Counted from the first letter of the whole stretch, positions 26,051 through 39,778 are shown. The stretch is DNA of 63,914 nt, filler included, from Reticulomyxa filosa (GCA_000512085.1; 14 parts of 14 records of this genome joined end to end with filler, not necessarily neighbours in it), one strand, 5' to 3'. Notes: generated by a model not told the origin, from the letters alone. Translations and numbers: made by a program.

Positions 26051-28069
26051 TCACAAAAACGGGACTTTGGCAAACTTTTCAACTGGTTCTCGACAGTTGG
26101 GGCAAATAGGATTTTTCAAAAGCCATTGGACTAAGCAGGGCTTATGAAAAAAGTGATTACACAACAATCGAGCTAAAGTATGACCTTTGACGAGTTCTTC
26201 CATGCAAATGCTCACGTTTTGTTTTCTCCATATTCGTGTTCGAACTTCAAAAAGAATTGACTGTTGAGGAACTGCGTGGACCCCAAAAACAAGCTCGAAA
26301 ACGATTGTTCCACGCCGGAGCTGCTGGTGTGTGTCGGCTTTCGTTGCACCGCACTAATGTCGGACTCTGGCGGGACAATGCCAACACCCACACCCAATCG
26401 AGCACCATTTTCGTCTGGACTGTGTGAATTCTCTGGTTTTTTTTTGCCACTGGAAGGAAGGCTGTTGGTTCTGCTTTTTATGGCGTTCGAATTACCATGT
26501 TCGCCATTGGCATTTATGTTCATTGTATTATTATTGTTATTGTTATTATTATTATTGTTATTATTGTTATTATTATTAATATTGTTATTAACAATAATAT
26601 TGTTATTACTATTATTTGCGGTATTGTCATAAAAAGTAGAACCAAGACTATCCATGGAAAGAATGGTTTTGTTGTCTTTGGCTTGATAGTGATGACCGTC
26701 TACACGCATCTCGTTTAGATCGAAAGTGTTGGAAAGCTCGTTGATTGAAAAGGTGTTGGCATGATCCACCACCTGACTATTTTGGTTGTTGCCTTTGGCG
26801 TCGCACTCGTCCAGTTGCACCTGGGTTTGCTCTGGCGAAGGGGATATCTTTGTGGTATTATGTCGAATGAGACATTCATGGAATATTCGAAAGACTTGTG
26901 TGCTCCACAAATAAAAGAAACAAAAAAAAAAAAAAAAAAGAACAAAACAAAACATCGGTTGGATCGAGTTGGACCAACTGAGTTACCAATTCAATCTGAC
27001 TGACAGGATCGAGCACCTGGTCTTCAATGATAGGCACACTGGTGTCCAGATTGGCGGATACGTGTAGATTGCCATTGTTATGAAGAGCAGGAGAGAGCTT
27101 AGCGGTAGGATTGAGCCCTTTGCCACCAAGAGTATTGCCGTATTTGGCGTGCGTTACTCCTCCAGTCGAGTAGTACTCATTGGAAGAAGTGTCCTGTCCC
27201 ATTCTTTCGTTATTATTATTGTTATTATTATTATTGTTATTGTTATTATTATTATTATTATTATTACTATTATTATTACAATTATTATTGCTATTATATT
27301 GGTAATGATGATAACGATGAATGTTGCCAGTATTGCTGTCGTAGACAAACTCCTGAATATACTCGTTCACATTGTCACTGGTGATGGTGAGCACTGTCGA
27401 CGAGGTCTCCGGATTGCAATGGACAGTATTGACTTTCACAACGCCGTTGCTTCTGAACGGAAGGCTAAGTTTGGAACCAGTCTTGGTGCCGGGTCCAGGG
27501 CTGGCGGAGGGACCCGCCGTTTTCGAGGTGGTCACCACCTGAAGTTGGGTCAACTTTGGTTTGGCCTTTGATCTCCACTTGGATCTGGATTGAAATCCTA
27601 GCAATGCGGATTGCTTGTGTTGCAGAGTAGTACCAATAGTGTTGTGTTTGTTATCCTTTGTGATCCCCTCTTGTTGTTGTTGTTGCTGTTGCTGTTGTTT
27701 GCGGAACGATTGAATGATACGCATCCCTTGTTTTGTGGTCGTAGTCGTAGCCGTGGTTGTGGTTGTAGCGGCAGCGGTAGTCGGACCACGAGAATGGAGA
27801 AGGACATTGCGTACAGGAGCGTACGAGCTCGCAATGGCTTGGTGGGCATACCAAGACTCACGATAGTCTCGATAAGCAAAAGCGCACTGTAGGATGCCAA
27901 AGGAGAGGAAGAGGAGAGAATAAAAAAGAACAGCGAGCACGTATGCGTAGATGACAGCACTTGTGGCATGATCCGCGTGATCATTACGATTGAGAGTAGG
28001 ATCATTGTAGCCATTATAATTAGAATAAGAATTAGAATTATAATTATTATAGTTATAGTTATAGTTATA

Positions 28070-28110
<41 letters not shown>

Positions 28111-29119
28111 TATTATCATTGTTATTGTTATTATTATTGTTATTATAAAAGCCATTATTGTAACAAGACGTTAGTTCGACAAAGTAACAGTACCAAGCAT
28201 AAAAGGTGGAGGACAAAGGGATAAAGGACCAATTAGTGCAACTGCTTTGGACGCAGCACGCGTATGTCGGATTTGTGGAAATGCGATTGCGACAGCATTT
28301 GCGCACAAGCATAAACGAAAATACAAAAAAAAAAAGAATAGTGCCGACAATGACGAATAACGCGTATCGCCATTGCTGCGTTCGACATTGCATTTTGGAC
28401 CACCCCACCGACAGCACCAATATACTGTATCCTACGCATACCAACAGCAGCACGCCGTACACGCGCAACAACGTCTTACGCTTGTCCTTTTTGTAATTCT
28501 TGATTGTCGCCGTCCCCACTTCGTAGTTACTGTTCGTCGTCGTCGTCGTCGTCGTCGTCGACACACGCAACAGCATCACTTGCGAGTTCGCTGCTGTCGC
28601 TGTCATTGTTGCCGTTGCTGTTGCCGTCGGTGTAGAGGTGGGAAACACACTTCCTAACGATGGCAGGGACACTAAAGAAGGAGGAGGAGGAAGAGGAGGA
28701 GGAGGAGGAAGAACCCCAACTAAGGCTGGGGTTGAACCTATGCTTGCTATCGGAACTGAAAGTACCGCTGGCATTGATATTGCCATTGGAGGGGGTCGAG
28801 GAGATGGGTTTAACACTGGCACGTATTGAAGGTCTGCTGTCACTGCCGAAGAGATTGTTTGCAGGTTTTCACTTCGTACTCTTCTATGCTCTTGCGATAT
28901 TCCCTCGCTTGCATTATTGCTGCAAGCTTTTATTTCTTCTTCTTTTTCTTCCCTACCGTCGCTCATTAATCTTGGCATCTCATCCGCGTTGCCCTCTTCT
29001 TCCATTACATCAATCCCTTTTTTTGCTTTCGCAATACGTGCTCTTTCTGCGTCAACACTGCTCTTGTCATTCAAACTGACATCTTGCAGTGTCTCCAGAA
29101 CTGCGCAATCCTCAAACAT
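26051..29119 (-). CDS. Large low-complexity multi-TM protein ending in a RING-H2 finger (putative membrane E3 ligase); RING exon frame-broken as assembled
   Basis: ORF 26876-29119 has about 4 hydrophobic helices and Pro/Thr/Asn/Gln tracts. After ORF 26212-26955 the shifted frame reads SICMEELVKGHTLARLLCNHFFHKPCLVQWLLKNPICPNCR, with a stop at 26051-26053. Confidence 0.75.
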
Positions 29120-29473
29120 TTTATTGACTCTATTTTTTCACAAGTGGCCTTTGCAGTTGCCAAGATCATAACGTAGAAGCTTGAACGTCATCAGTCTTTT
29201 CTTTCTTTTCTCGTGCTCTCCCCCCCTCCTCCCTTCCTCTTCTCCTTCCTCCTGCAGTCACACACTCTTTAAACTGTTTCAGTTGTACTCTTTTTCTTTT
29301 GTTCATCTTTTTTCTATCATGCTGCTATGTATGTCTTTTTATTCAACAAGCTTGTTTGAACGAAACTAACTCTACAAAAAAAAACTCATTTCAGCAATCC
29401 CCCATTAAAAAAAAAAAAACGATATAAAAAGATGAATAATTTTGTACAAAAGATTCCAAAGTTGAAACCTTGG

Positions 29474-30544
29474 ATGACTATCTATCGAAATGGCATAAAA
29501 GTGTGTCTTTTTTGAAAAAAAACAGTTAGAAAAACAAGAGAGTGACCGTTGACGTGGACAACAAAACAGCCCCAAAGTCCATTCGAATATTTGAAATCGT
29601 ATACTCAACATCTGCAATCGAACACAGCCAATGCAAAGTCATTTTCAGCACAACCACAGGTTTGTATACCCATGAAAAAGGATAGGAAAAAGAGAAAAGG
29701 GGTGGGAAGGTGAAGAATACGTGTTTACGCACAATATGCATATTGCCTTATACAAACATTTACGCTTGGGGTTGGGGGGGAACAAAAAAAAAAAGGATGC
29801 AGGAAAGGCACAAGCACCAGCAAAAGAACCCGAATTAGGTGTGGATGTGTTATTTCCTTGTGATGTATTGCAAGCGCATTGGTGTGCAGAAATAATATCA
29901 TGTTGTCCGCGATGGATCAGTGGATGTGAAATATGGGGCCAAGAAATCCGATTCGACTGTCCGCTGGAATACGTCAAACCATTTTTAAACTTCCTAAGAA
30001 ACCACCAACATGCCAACTTTGCTCAAATGGACATCTTGAGTGTTGTCGATCATTTGGGTGAGCCGGAGAGATTTGAATTGTCCTATGGTGTTCGAAGTAT
30101 TGAATTTTGGAATTGCGTCAGGTTTTTTTTTGAATAAAAAAAAAAGGGGGAAGATGAACTTTTTTAGAGATTAAATAGTTTCAATAGATTCAATTAATTT
30201 TTTTTTTAAAAAAAAAAAGGGTACATACGCGTGTGGACGAGTTGACACATGTCCCCTCTGTCACATCCCTCTATGGCAGCGCAGAACCATTGGAAAATAA
30301 AATGTTTGATATGTATGGAGTTTTCTTCAGCGGACATCCCGATCTGAGACGAATTTACACTGATTATGGGTTTCAAGGCCATCCCATGAGAAAAGACTTC
30401 CCTGTCACTGGTTATACTGAAATGAGATATGATGACTCTTTGCGAAGAATCGTCTATGAACCCGTTGAAATGGCACAAGAGTTGAGAAAATTTGATTATT
30501 TGAATCCATGGTTTAAAGATGATCCCAGAAGATCTAGAATTTGA
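29474..30544 (+). CDS. NDUFS3: NADH:ubiquinone oxidoreductase 30 kDa subunit (NDUFS3/Nad9), nuclear and intron-containing; start exon tentative
   Basis: [19 protein letters not shown] and [48 protein letters not shown]. Introns 29660-29795 and 30122-30219. Confidence 0.93.
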
Positions 30545-32019
30545 ATCATTATTACTTGTCTTTCTTTTAAAAAGAAAATTTTTTTTGGCGATGTTTGCAA
30601 CAAAAAAAGCAATCTTCATCTAAATAAAATGTTTTAACATCACCAAAATTGTGTCAAATTTTCAATTGCATTTATGGGTTTCAATTTTTGCAGCGAAAAT
30701 TAATTTTCTTCTTTTCATTGGCCTTGAAACAATCAAATTATCTCAAACAATATACTTTTTTCAAAGATTAGCAAATCCTCAAAAAATATACCACAACGCA
30801 GTGAAAGCTTTTCCCCTTTTCACGTCAACTTTTTCTACCTCATCTATTAGTTTTCAACTCTTTCATTGCCGGATTTCAAAAGTATACCATACTTTTACAC
30901 CACTGTTCTCGTTAATACAAAAAAGAAAAACTAATTTTTCTTGGGGAAAAAACAAAAGTGATTCAATTTGCATTGATGTCAAGCGCTAGACCAAATCGCA
31001 AATTCTCATATTTCTGTTCTGTGAAGAAGCAATTTCAAAAAGATCTTCTGTTAATTACAAATTTACCTAACCGAAAGACTTTTTCTAGTCGCAAAACATG
31101 GCAAAAATATTTACATTAATTTTATTTGTTGACTATGTCAATTTTTTTGTTCCTCCATCTATATTCCCCACAAGAGAAATTTAAATTTAAATATCTGGCA
31201 TGAACAAAGAAAATTGTTTTGTCGAAAGTTGGCTAAATCAGATTTTTGAAGATGCGCAACAAAATTGTTTTTTGCAGTTTTTTCTCCCGAAATTTTCTTG
31301 GTACCTTTTTGGTCCAAAATGAAAAAACTTTCTGAGAGCAATCTTCTCTCTTTTCTAATTCCAAAAGAAAATTACTTACCTTTAACTTCACCGACAAACA
31401 ATGACCCTTTCACTAATATTTACTTTTGTCATTTTTTATATTTATATTTTATCTTTTGTCACCTTTTTTTTTTTTGTAAGGCAAACAAAATAAAAATCTC
31501 TAAAAAAAGTAGTGACCACAATGAGAGTGAACCGAAGACCAAACCAATGTATGAGTTATGAGGAATCCTGTTCCGAATTAGGAATGGCCACCCTTGTTGA
31601 ACTTTTTGTTGGTTGTCGATATTTTGTTTCGCTTGATCTATTGTTTTTGTTTTATTTTGTTTTGTTTTTTTCGAAAGGGTCCCCCCCTTAAAAAAAAATC
31701 AAACTATTACATGGTAGAAGCGTGTTCTCCAAGTTTGCGATTATACATCTCATACTATATTAAAAAAACAATCAGACCAAGCTTATGTACTCGCCATGTA
31801 TAAAGGTGTATATAATTTTTTTTAAAGTGTTAACTTCTTTCTCGCTCACATACAAATTGAAATTGATCATGAATAAAAATTCAATTTCCAAAGAATTGAT
31901 CTCTTTTTTTTTTTTTTTTNNNNNNNNNNNNNNNNNNNNNNNNNNNNNNNNNNNNNNNNNNNNTTAATTAATTAANNNNNNNNNNNNNNNNNNNNNNNNN
32001 NNNNNNNNNNNNNNNNNNN

Positions 32020-33440
32020 GGATGAGGAAAGGGCTAAAAACAGTGATGAGTGGAGGATGAAGCGATGAGTAGTCTGACACCTTCACGCTCTCCCAGTGCA
32101 AAAGCTTAAAAAAAAAAATAATCTTGGATAGGACTTGAGCTGTGTAATACAACTTGAAACGTCGATTATTGATGCTTTGCTTTCTTTGCAATTTCATCCT
32201 TTAATCCATCATCTGGTGTCTTTCGTTTTATGGCCATTCGCCTTGTGCCACTTATGTCGACGTCCATATCATTATTCGACGTCATTTTGGATTGTAGTTG
32301 TTTGTTTCTGGTATCAGGCATATCAATACCATATCCAATTCCATTTCCAAGAATGAACCTCAGAAACTGAAGAAAAGGACCAATAGAAAGAAGAATAAAA
32401 GAAAGAATAACAAAAATCAAAGGCTGCAGAACAAGAAATCTGATGCTGATGAAATCTCATTGATAAGAAGTGAATTAGCATAGGTTAAATCAGCATTCCA
32501 GTAATTACAATCCTTATTGCAATCAATTACTTCTTCTTTGATCTAAATCCTTCTTACAATAAACAGATATTTGTTAGATTTACACTCAATACCACGATCA
32601 TTCAATAACATGACTGATACATTTAATGTATTTCGTTATGAATCGTGTTTGGTGGAAATTTCATGTCCTGATCAAAAGAAACCATTATTATTCTGCAGTA
32701 CCAACTACTGGAGCAGAATCTCCACGCAGTTCAACCACATATTTGTCTCCTTCAGTAATGTTTCAGGTAAGAGACAATAAGAAGAACACTTCTAGAACTT
32801 GTATAACAAATTTTGGAGTGAAACACGCAGAAGGATGTCTAGATCTCCATTCAACAAAAAAGATATTTTGAACGGATAAAGACAAATTCAAAAATCAAGT
32901 CACTAGTCATGTTGATGCTGCAGTTTTTACAAAAACATTCAAAAAATGTCAACAAGATACAACCAATGCGAAAACTATCAACGAATGCCATAAATGGAAT
33001 TTGTATATTTAACATTACTGTGTTCATACAATGAATTCATCTAACAATTGCAAATCAATTTTTGAGAAGAAATCACGATATTGAACTTAATGCAAATATA
33101 AGCTTTAGAAGAAATTTCAACTTTATCCAGAGCATATATTCACGATTCTGAAGTTTGTATTCTATATTTACGTCATGATCAAAATAAGTTTTTAACGCAA
33201 ATTGCACAATTATCACATCAAATTAATGTCTCTATTTGAGAAATTGAACCGACTCACAATGAGATCCTGAATACGAACGACTGTGATATTTGTGGATGGA
33301 AGCTGCAAACCAGATCCAGGACTTGGAGGAGCAGTATTGATCATCCAAGGCCAGCTGTTATCAGACTGAATTGCAGTTTCTTATACAAGGAATCATCACG
33401 ATGATTGGATGTGAAATTGAGGCAATCCGTTTGAAATACA
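32020..33440 (+). pseudogene. Decayed non-LTR retroelement relic with RNase H N-terminal motif
   Basis: 33283-33340 translates VIFVDGSCKPDPGLGGAVL (RNase H DGSC..PG..G motif), followed by IGCEIEAI. The region has many stops and frameshifts; boundaries are approximate. Confidence 0.6.
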
Positions 33441-33916
33441 TTTAATAAGACGTTTTCCATTTCACATTTAATCTATAAGCACTTTTGAAAAATTTTGTTC
33501 ATCATAATTAGAGTAATTTTCCTCTTGAAAGTCTCATGTTAAAACAAATTAATTCTTTATACGAATTATTCGACATCAAATTAGAACATTCATTTATTAT
33601 GCAACTATTGTAGCAATATATTTTGCATTCATAGCGTGTAAATAGCGTGACAAAAAAGGTTGTAAGTCCACCCGCTTGTGAAAACATTTGTACACTACAG
33701 AAGAACAATAAAAAATTCAACACTTCGAACATATTAGTACCTCAGCCCAAAAAAAAGCAAGTTTATGTTTCGTAAAATCTCTAAAAAACAAACGGAAAAG
33801 AACACAGTAAGAATGTAACTCAAAAACAACAGAATCTTAAACTCTGTCATCCACAAACAGAAAAATTACATTGCCAGTGAAAAGGAATTAGAATAAAAAA
33901 AACGCGCATATTTCAA

Positions 33917-35596
33917 TCAAAACAATGATTGTTGTGTGTGGTTGAGGATGGTGTAAGGATTTGACACAGTACCAGTGTTAGGAGTACCCACAAAGCCGAC
34001 ATTCACGTGATAAGGTGTAGTACCATATCTTCCAGTCTGTTCTATAGTCGAATTGACTCCCAAAGTGGTATTATTTGATTGGTAAGGCGAAAAGCCGACC
34101 ATATTTGGAGGCAATTGTGTCATAAAAGCATTCGATGCTTTTCTCGTGATTCATCAAAAAATAAAGAGAGGAACACAATATACGTCCACACACAGACAAA
34201 GCAAATTATCGAAAGGGAATCATGATCACAAAAAAAATTAAAAAAAATAAAATAAAATAATGAAAAAAACTTTACTTTTGGGGTCTATTTTTTGGAACAG
34301 CGGCAATTGTTCTTGTTTCTTATACATAGACAAAATAGTTTCTTTTGAGTTAGTTGGCGCCGGTTCGGTCAAGATATCAATTCCCCCAGTCGCGTTTGTA
34401 GTGGTGGGTGCACTGGAAAGATTGTTGTTATGGAATGAAAAGGCACTGCTCACGTGATTATTCAAAGGTCTTATTTCCTGCGTTGAGCTACTGTTGTTGA
34501 TAAATGCAAATCCACTCGTACCATCGCTTTGGTTACTGCTCGACACATCGCCGTTCGCCCACAAGGCACTAAAGTCCGCACCAACTTCGCTGGGACCGTT
34601 TTTATTTGTATTCGATAAAGTCTCAAATGTTAGCAAAGCTTCTGGTTCATTCGTGCGTTTCAGTATCTCTGGCGAGAGTAAATCGGGAACCTCCTTTGTT
34701 ATGTAGATAAATATAAATAAATGTATATAATTGTTTGTCCCTTCTTTTGTCAAAAGACAGGATATGTACGACAGGCCAAGAAAAACACAATGCGACCAAA
34801 AACTTTAGTGTGCGACTTAAGAGTTTGACACATACTTTTTTGATCATCTTTTGTGGACCAGTTTTAGAAGCCATTTTTGAATTAGCATTGGATTGAGTTG
34901 TTGGTTGATTGTTTTGACTTTTGTCTTTGCCTTTAGACAGGTTGCTTGCATTCTGTTATTTTATAAGTTTTGTTTATTTGTTTCGTTATCGACTTTAATG
35001 TAATGCATGAATCGAAAACTATGCCTTTTGCAAGCTGTCATCCGTAAATGTACATACACACACTTATACAGCAAAACAGGTTCAAAGTGCTATTGACGCA
35101 ACTTCGGAACGTGGCAATGCATACCATTTTTTGGCCTCATACTTGGCCCGAATAAATTGCTCGAGTCGGGGAACGTCGACTTCTTCTGTGGGCTTGTCAC
35201 GCTTCGGTAATGTTGCCTCGTACAAATGATTCACTACTATATTACCACCTTGTCGTTTGAAGTGCTGTATCAATTCAGGGGTCCACAAATCTAATGTCGC
35301 TGATTTCACCTTTTTTTTTTTTTGAGATCCATGAAACAAAAAAAAAAAATTGCACACATATCCAATAATATGCATGCCAATGGAAACAAATAGACAACTT
35401 TGGATATGTGGGTGCCCAAACAGCGATGAACGCCACAACAACGGATACACAAGAATACGCCAATGTTTGATGACGCCCAAGTCGGCTGCTTCGCGCCGCA
35501 ATCCGCACAGTGACGGTTCTCGGGTAGTTTTAACAACTCGCTCAGCTCAAGACGGCATCTTTCAAGTTGCTTTGCATTTGAGCGCATTATTGTCAC
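33917..35596 (-). CDS. ArfGAP (SMAP/AGD5-like) with low-complexity C-terminus; multi-exon
   Basis: [37 protein letters not shown]|VKSATLDLW...[11 protein letters not shown]. Intron 35310-35398. Confidence 0.92.
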
Positions 35597-35881
35597 TTTT
35601 TTTTTATTTGCTATGTGCTTTATTGATCTAAATTATCTTGATTATTTCGAGCACAAAGATTTTTTTTGTTTTTTCGTTCTTAAAAAAATCTTTTTATTTT
35701 CTTGTGGCTTTTAGTTTTGACACAGAAGTTTTAATTTTTATCGTCAATTTTAAAAATTGGTTAAAATAAACAACTAGAAGAAAAAATTTCGCAACCCAAT
35801 TGTGAGCCCTAGGACAGAATATGAAACATATTTTCGTTGTTCCCTTGGCAAGGTACAGGCCCTTTGTGAATCAAAAGAAAA

Positions 35882-37003
35882 ATGGAAAATGGTAGTACCA
35901 AGACAGGTAGCTCTAGCAACAATAATCAATCTGATCCAGATTCGAATCATTCAGGTTCTGTCCTGAATGCTCTTTCAGCGTCAACAAAATCGAGCGTACC
36001 TTCACAAAAGCTGGAGAAGAAGAACGAAGAAAAAGAAGAAGGATATGCAAAGAGCGACAAACCAGCGAATGAGACAGCAATAGACAAGCAAGGGACAATA
36101 GGAAACGAAGGAACGAAAAGTAATAGGACACTAGAAAAAGAGCGAAGTGATCAAGAAGGGGCCACATGGACCGTACAAGTACGAAAAGCAATAGCAACAG
36201 AAGACAAAAAATTTGATTACGAAGCATTTCGGCAGGAACTTGAAAAAAATGTGAAAGCGAAAATGTTCAAAGAGTGCGAGCGGCAATGTTTGGCAAAGGT
36301 AAAGAGCGGTCTCTCCCGACCTATAGTATCGAAGCTGCACAATCATTTAGGAGAATTATATGAACACCATCTCGAAGACAAATTATTTGACGACATATTG
36401 GAGCGTTACATCTTGGCATTGCAATATGACGAGTCGAACGCAAAAGCGCACGTGAATTTGGGACGTTTTCTGATCGAGCAAGGAAAGCAGCACCTGCATC
36501 GAGCATTGGAATTGGGAATGAATTTGGGAAATTTGATGGACTTGGACATGGACATGGACATAAGCAGTGATGACGATAGCAATGGCGCGAACGAAGACAA
36601 AGGGCATCCCTCTTTGGCAGGACCCAACATGCCGACCGCCACCGTCCATCGCTCTGTGTTGGCTCCCAGTTCGCATGTCCATCCCGTGTCGAATGTCGAG
36701 CTTGCATTCCACGAAAACCACTTTGGAAAGGTGCTGTTGTCCATTTCCGAGGCACAGCATCATCGCTTTCATCCCATCCTTGTCACCACCAATGCCTGGT
36801 CGCTACACACATCGTCCATGCTTCACTCTTCCTACCACCATGCTGTTCCAAAGCGCTGGTACTTGTGGCCTTCGATGCTTCTCTGTGCTAATTTGCTTGC
36901 TTTGGGCGGTGTTGCTGCACTCCTTGGTTATTTTGTGTACTTTTTAAAAAAAAATTCTTTGGAATGTTCGAATTTCTATCTTTTAAAAAAAAAATATGAA
37001 TAG
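35882..37003 (+). CDS. Hypothetical protein with TPR-like repeat and C-terminal TM helix
   Basis: LHNHLGELY...ALQYDESNAKAHVNLGRFL resembles a TPR; hydrophobic tail MLLCANLLALGGVAALLGY. The 3' end may be spliced. Confidence 0.65.
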   Translation: MENGSTKTGSSSNNNQSDPDSNHSGSVLNALSASTKSSVPSQKLEKKNEEKEEGYAKSDKPANETAIDKQGTIGNEGTKSNRTLEKERSDQEGATWTVQVRKAIATEDKKFDYEAFRQELEKNVKAKMFKECERQCLAKVKSGLSRPIVSKLHNHLGELYEHHLEDKLFDDILERYILALQYDESNAKAHVNLGRFLIEQGKQHLHRALELGMNLGNLMDLDMDMDISSDDDSNGANEDKGHPSLAGPNMPTATVHRSVLAPSSHVHPVSNVELAFHENHFGKVLLSISEAQHHRFHPILVTTNAWSLHTSSMLHSSYHHAVPKRWYLWPSMLLCANLLALGGVAALLGYFVYFLKKNSLECSNFYLLKKKYE

Positions 37004-38101
37004 AAATGAAGTGAACACATAATGTAATAACAAATAATGATGCAATAGGGGAGTACATAATATCTGGAAAAACTTGTGTTAATCATATCAATGTGTTTGG
37101 ATTGGTCTCTGTCATCCCACTGACGACTATGACGCTTGGCTGGATTGCTCATATTTGCTTCTACAGCACGCACCAAAATTTGCAGACACAAATTACCACG
37201 AGCTGGAAATAACATGTTTTCCATTTTTTTTTTTTTTTTTAGAAACCAATCTTACCTTTCGTCGCGTCGTTCGTTCATTCACTGTCTATCCGTTTATTCA
37301 TTCAATTCAACAAACAAACAGAAACAAAAAAAAACAGGAAAAAAAGAATTGACCAGAAAACAAGAATAAGACATGCAAAATTGCCTTTCGTTTCTTTTGC
37401 TTTTGTTACCTTTTTTTTGTTTGTTTGATCTGGTTTTATTTTCTTTTGTGTTTTGTGGTTTTGCCTTGTTTCGTCTTTATTTTAATTGTTTTTATGCCTA
37501 ATTAACTCCACTTTTTCTTTTTTTTTTTCTTAATCATTGAGACTCTACTTGTGATTTTTGCTTTTGTTTTTTTAGTAATTGATTTTGATTGTTCCTGTTT
37601 TTTTATCAGTTTCAATGACAAGATTGTGAAGCTGTTTAACCTCTTTTTTTTTGTTTTGTGTTTCATTTTCAGTCCAATTGTGTGTTATTTTCTTGCTTGT
37701 AAATATTAAGCGGTCCGTTATTGAATCGCATATGATCATGTTCATTTTGATTTTTTGCTGGAGGAGAGGAAAGATTGCAGGGAAAATATTGTGGGTGTTT
37801 TTTTGTTTCATGATTTTTGTTTTCTTTTTTTTTTGTTGTTTGCTTTTATCAGTGATTGTTTCATTGGAAATTAAATTTTATCACAAAAGTCAAACTGGAA
37901 ATTTTTTTTTTCTTTAACTCTGGCACAAATCTCTCATGTATAATTTCCATTTTTCACTTTGAATCCACTCTCAGATGCACATTTGAAAAATTTTGTACGA
38001 AAAGCATGCATATTGTCAATGCCTACGCTTGTTATAATACTTGAAAAAAGTTAGTTTTAAAAGGCAGCATATAATTCCCCGATTCTTACTTCTCACGATT
38101 G

Positions 38102-39746
38102 ATGATGTCAGAAGCAAGCCCCGCACCTTCAAATGTTGCTCCCGATCAAATAGTAAGTTGATATAAATTGCTTTTTTTAGGATGTTACTATTATTTTCAA
38201 AGATCCATTTTTGTTATTTAAAAAAAAGAAAACGGAAGAAGAAAAGAGAGAAGAGCAGATAAATGAAGAATTGGCAAAAAAATTGAAAAAAAAAGAAGAG
38301 GCATACGAGAAGCTAGTGGAAGAGAACAAAAGAGTGCAGGAACAATACATGGCGATGAAAAGCACAGCACAAAGTCGTAGCGAGCAAATCCAAAAGCTTG
38401 AAAGCGAGAAGAAAAGATTGGAAATAGAAAATTTATCGCTTAGAGATGAAAACGACAAGTTGATATCGACAAATCAAAAATTGAAAGTTCAATTGCAAGA
38501 TATGCTGCTGGACTTGGGTGTGCTTTTTTTTTTTATTTATTTTTTGCCAAAAAACAAAAAATAAAAAAAATAAAAAAAAGAAAATGAAAGGAACGAAGTG
38601 GAAAAAAAAGAAAAAGAATTACAAGAGCTAAAGGAAGCATTAAAAGCCAAAGAAATCAACGATAAGCTGCAAACACCTTTGAATGACAATGTCAAAGTGG
38701 AACTACAAAAACAGACTGATACAACACAGCCGCCAAAAAGAGCAAAAAGAGCAAAAAGAACAGCCGATAGATGACAACCCTAATGATGACGATGATAATA
38801 GTGATAGTACCGATCATCATGAAGAAGATGAGCATATCACTATTTCATTACAAGTTTTTCATTTGTCCAAAAAAAAAAACAAACGAAAGAACATTACATT
38901 ATGTGTCGATGAAATAAAAAAGTATATTTCGATATGTATGTAAAATACATAAACATAGGAGTTGGAGGAAAAAAAGAAAAGAAAAAAAATGAGGAAGATA
39001 ACGAAAAGGAGGTGATATTCAGTCTGTCAGAGAGATTAATGATGGCAAAGGAAGAAAACATGGCATTGAAGATTCGTTTGGAAGACAATGTCCGATCGAT
39101 TCAGGAGTTACAAAAAACGCTGGAAAAAAAGCAGGAATGGATAATGGATTTGATGGAGAAGCTCAATGAAAAAGCACCCAACGACACACCAACCATTATC
39201 AAACCTCCTCCGCCAAAATATAAACCCCTTACCAAAAGCTCTTCCTTGCCCAATCCCGATTCGCCCATCCATTACAATGGTAACATGTTTCGAATAAAAA
39301 AGAGAACGAAATATATATAAATATGTATATATAAACATATATATATTTATTGATGTATATATCTTCTCATGTTATCTTTGCTTCACTCAAAGCTGCAATC
39401 ACGGCTTGCGACAATATGAAATAATGTAATGTATGAAATACAACATCGAATAAAAAACAAAGGAGATGAAGCGAACTTGGAAGAAATTGATCCTTCCATG
39501 GATCCTCATAATCCAAGTATCAGTGTGATGCGTCGATCGCGTGTGCGACCAACGAACCCGCCTCCTCTTGTCAAGCACTCTGCAGAAAGTGTTCAACAAA
39601 TCCAACAATTTGTCACGTCGCAACATCAGATCAACACTGGCAGCGCCAGTGGTGTGGCCATTTCCATGGCTAGTCCTCGTGGCGGCACGATCGACGCAAG
39701 TGGTGGCTTGACGCCAAATGCCTATCTAATTCACAATAATAATAAC

Positions 39747-39778
<32 letters not shown>

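Noticed and set aside
16724-28496. Poly-Leu/Ile/Val ORFs antisense to AAT/AAC tracts as membrane proteins
   Set aside because: They are shadow frames of poly-Asn microsatellite coding sequence on the other strand.
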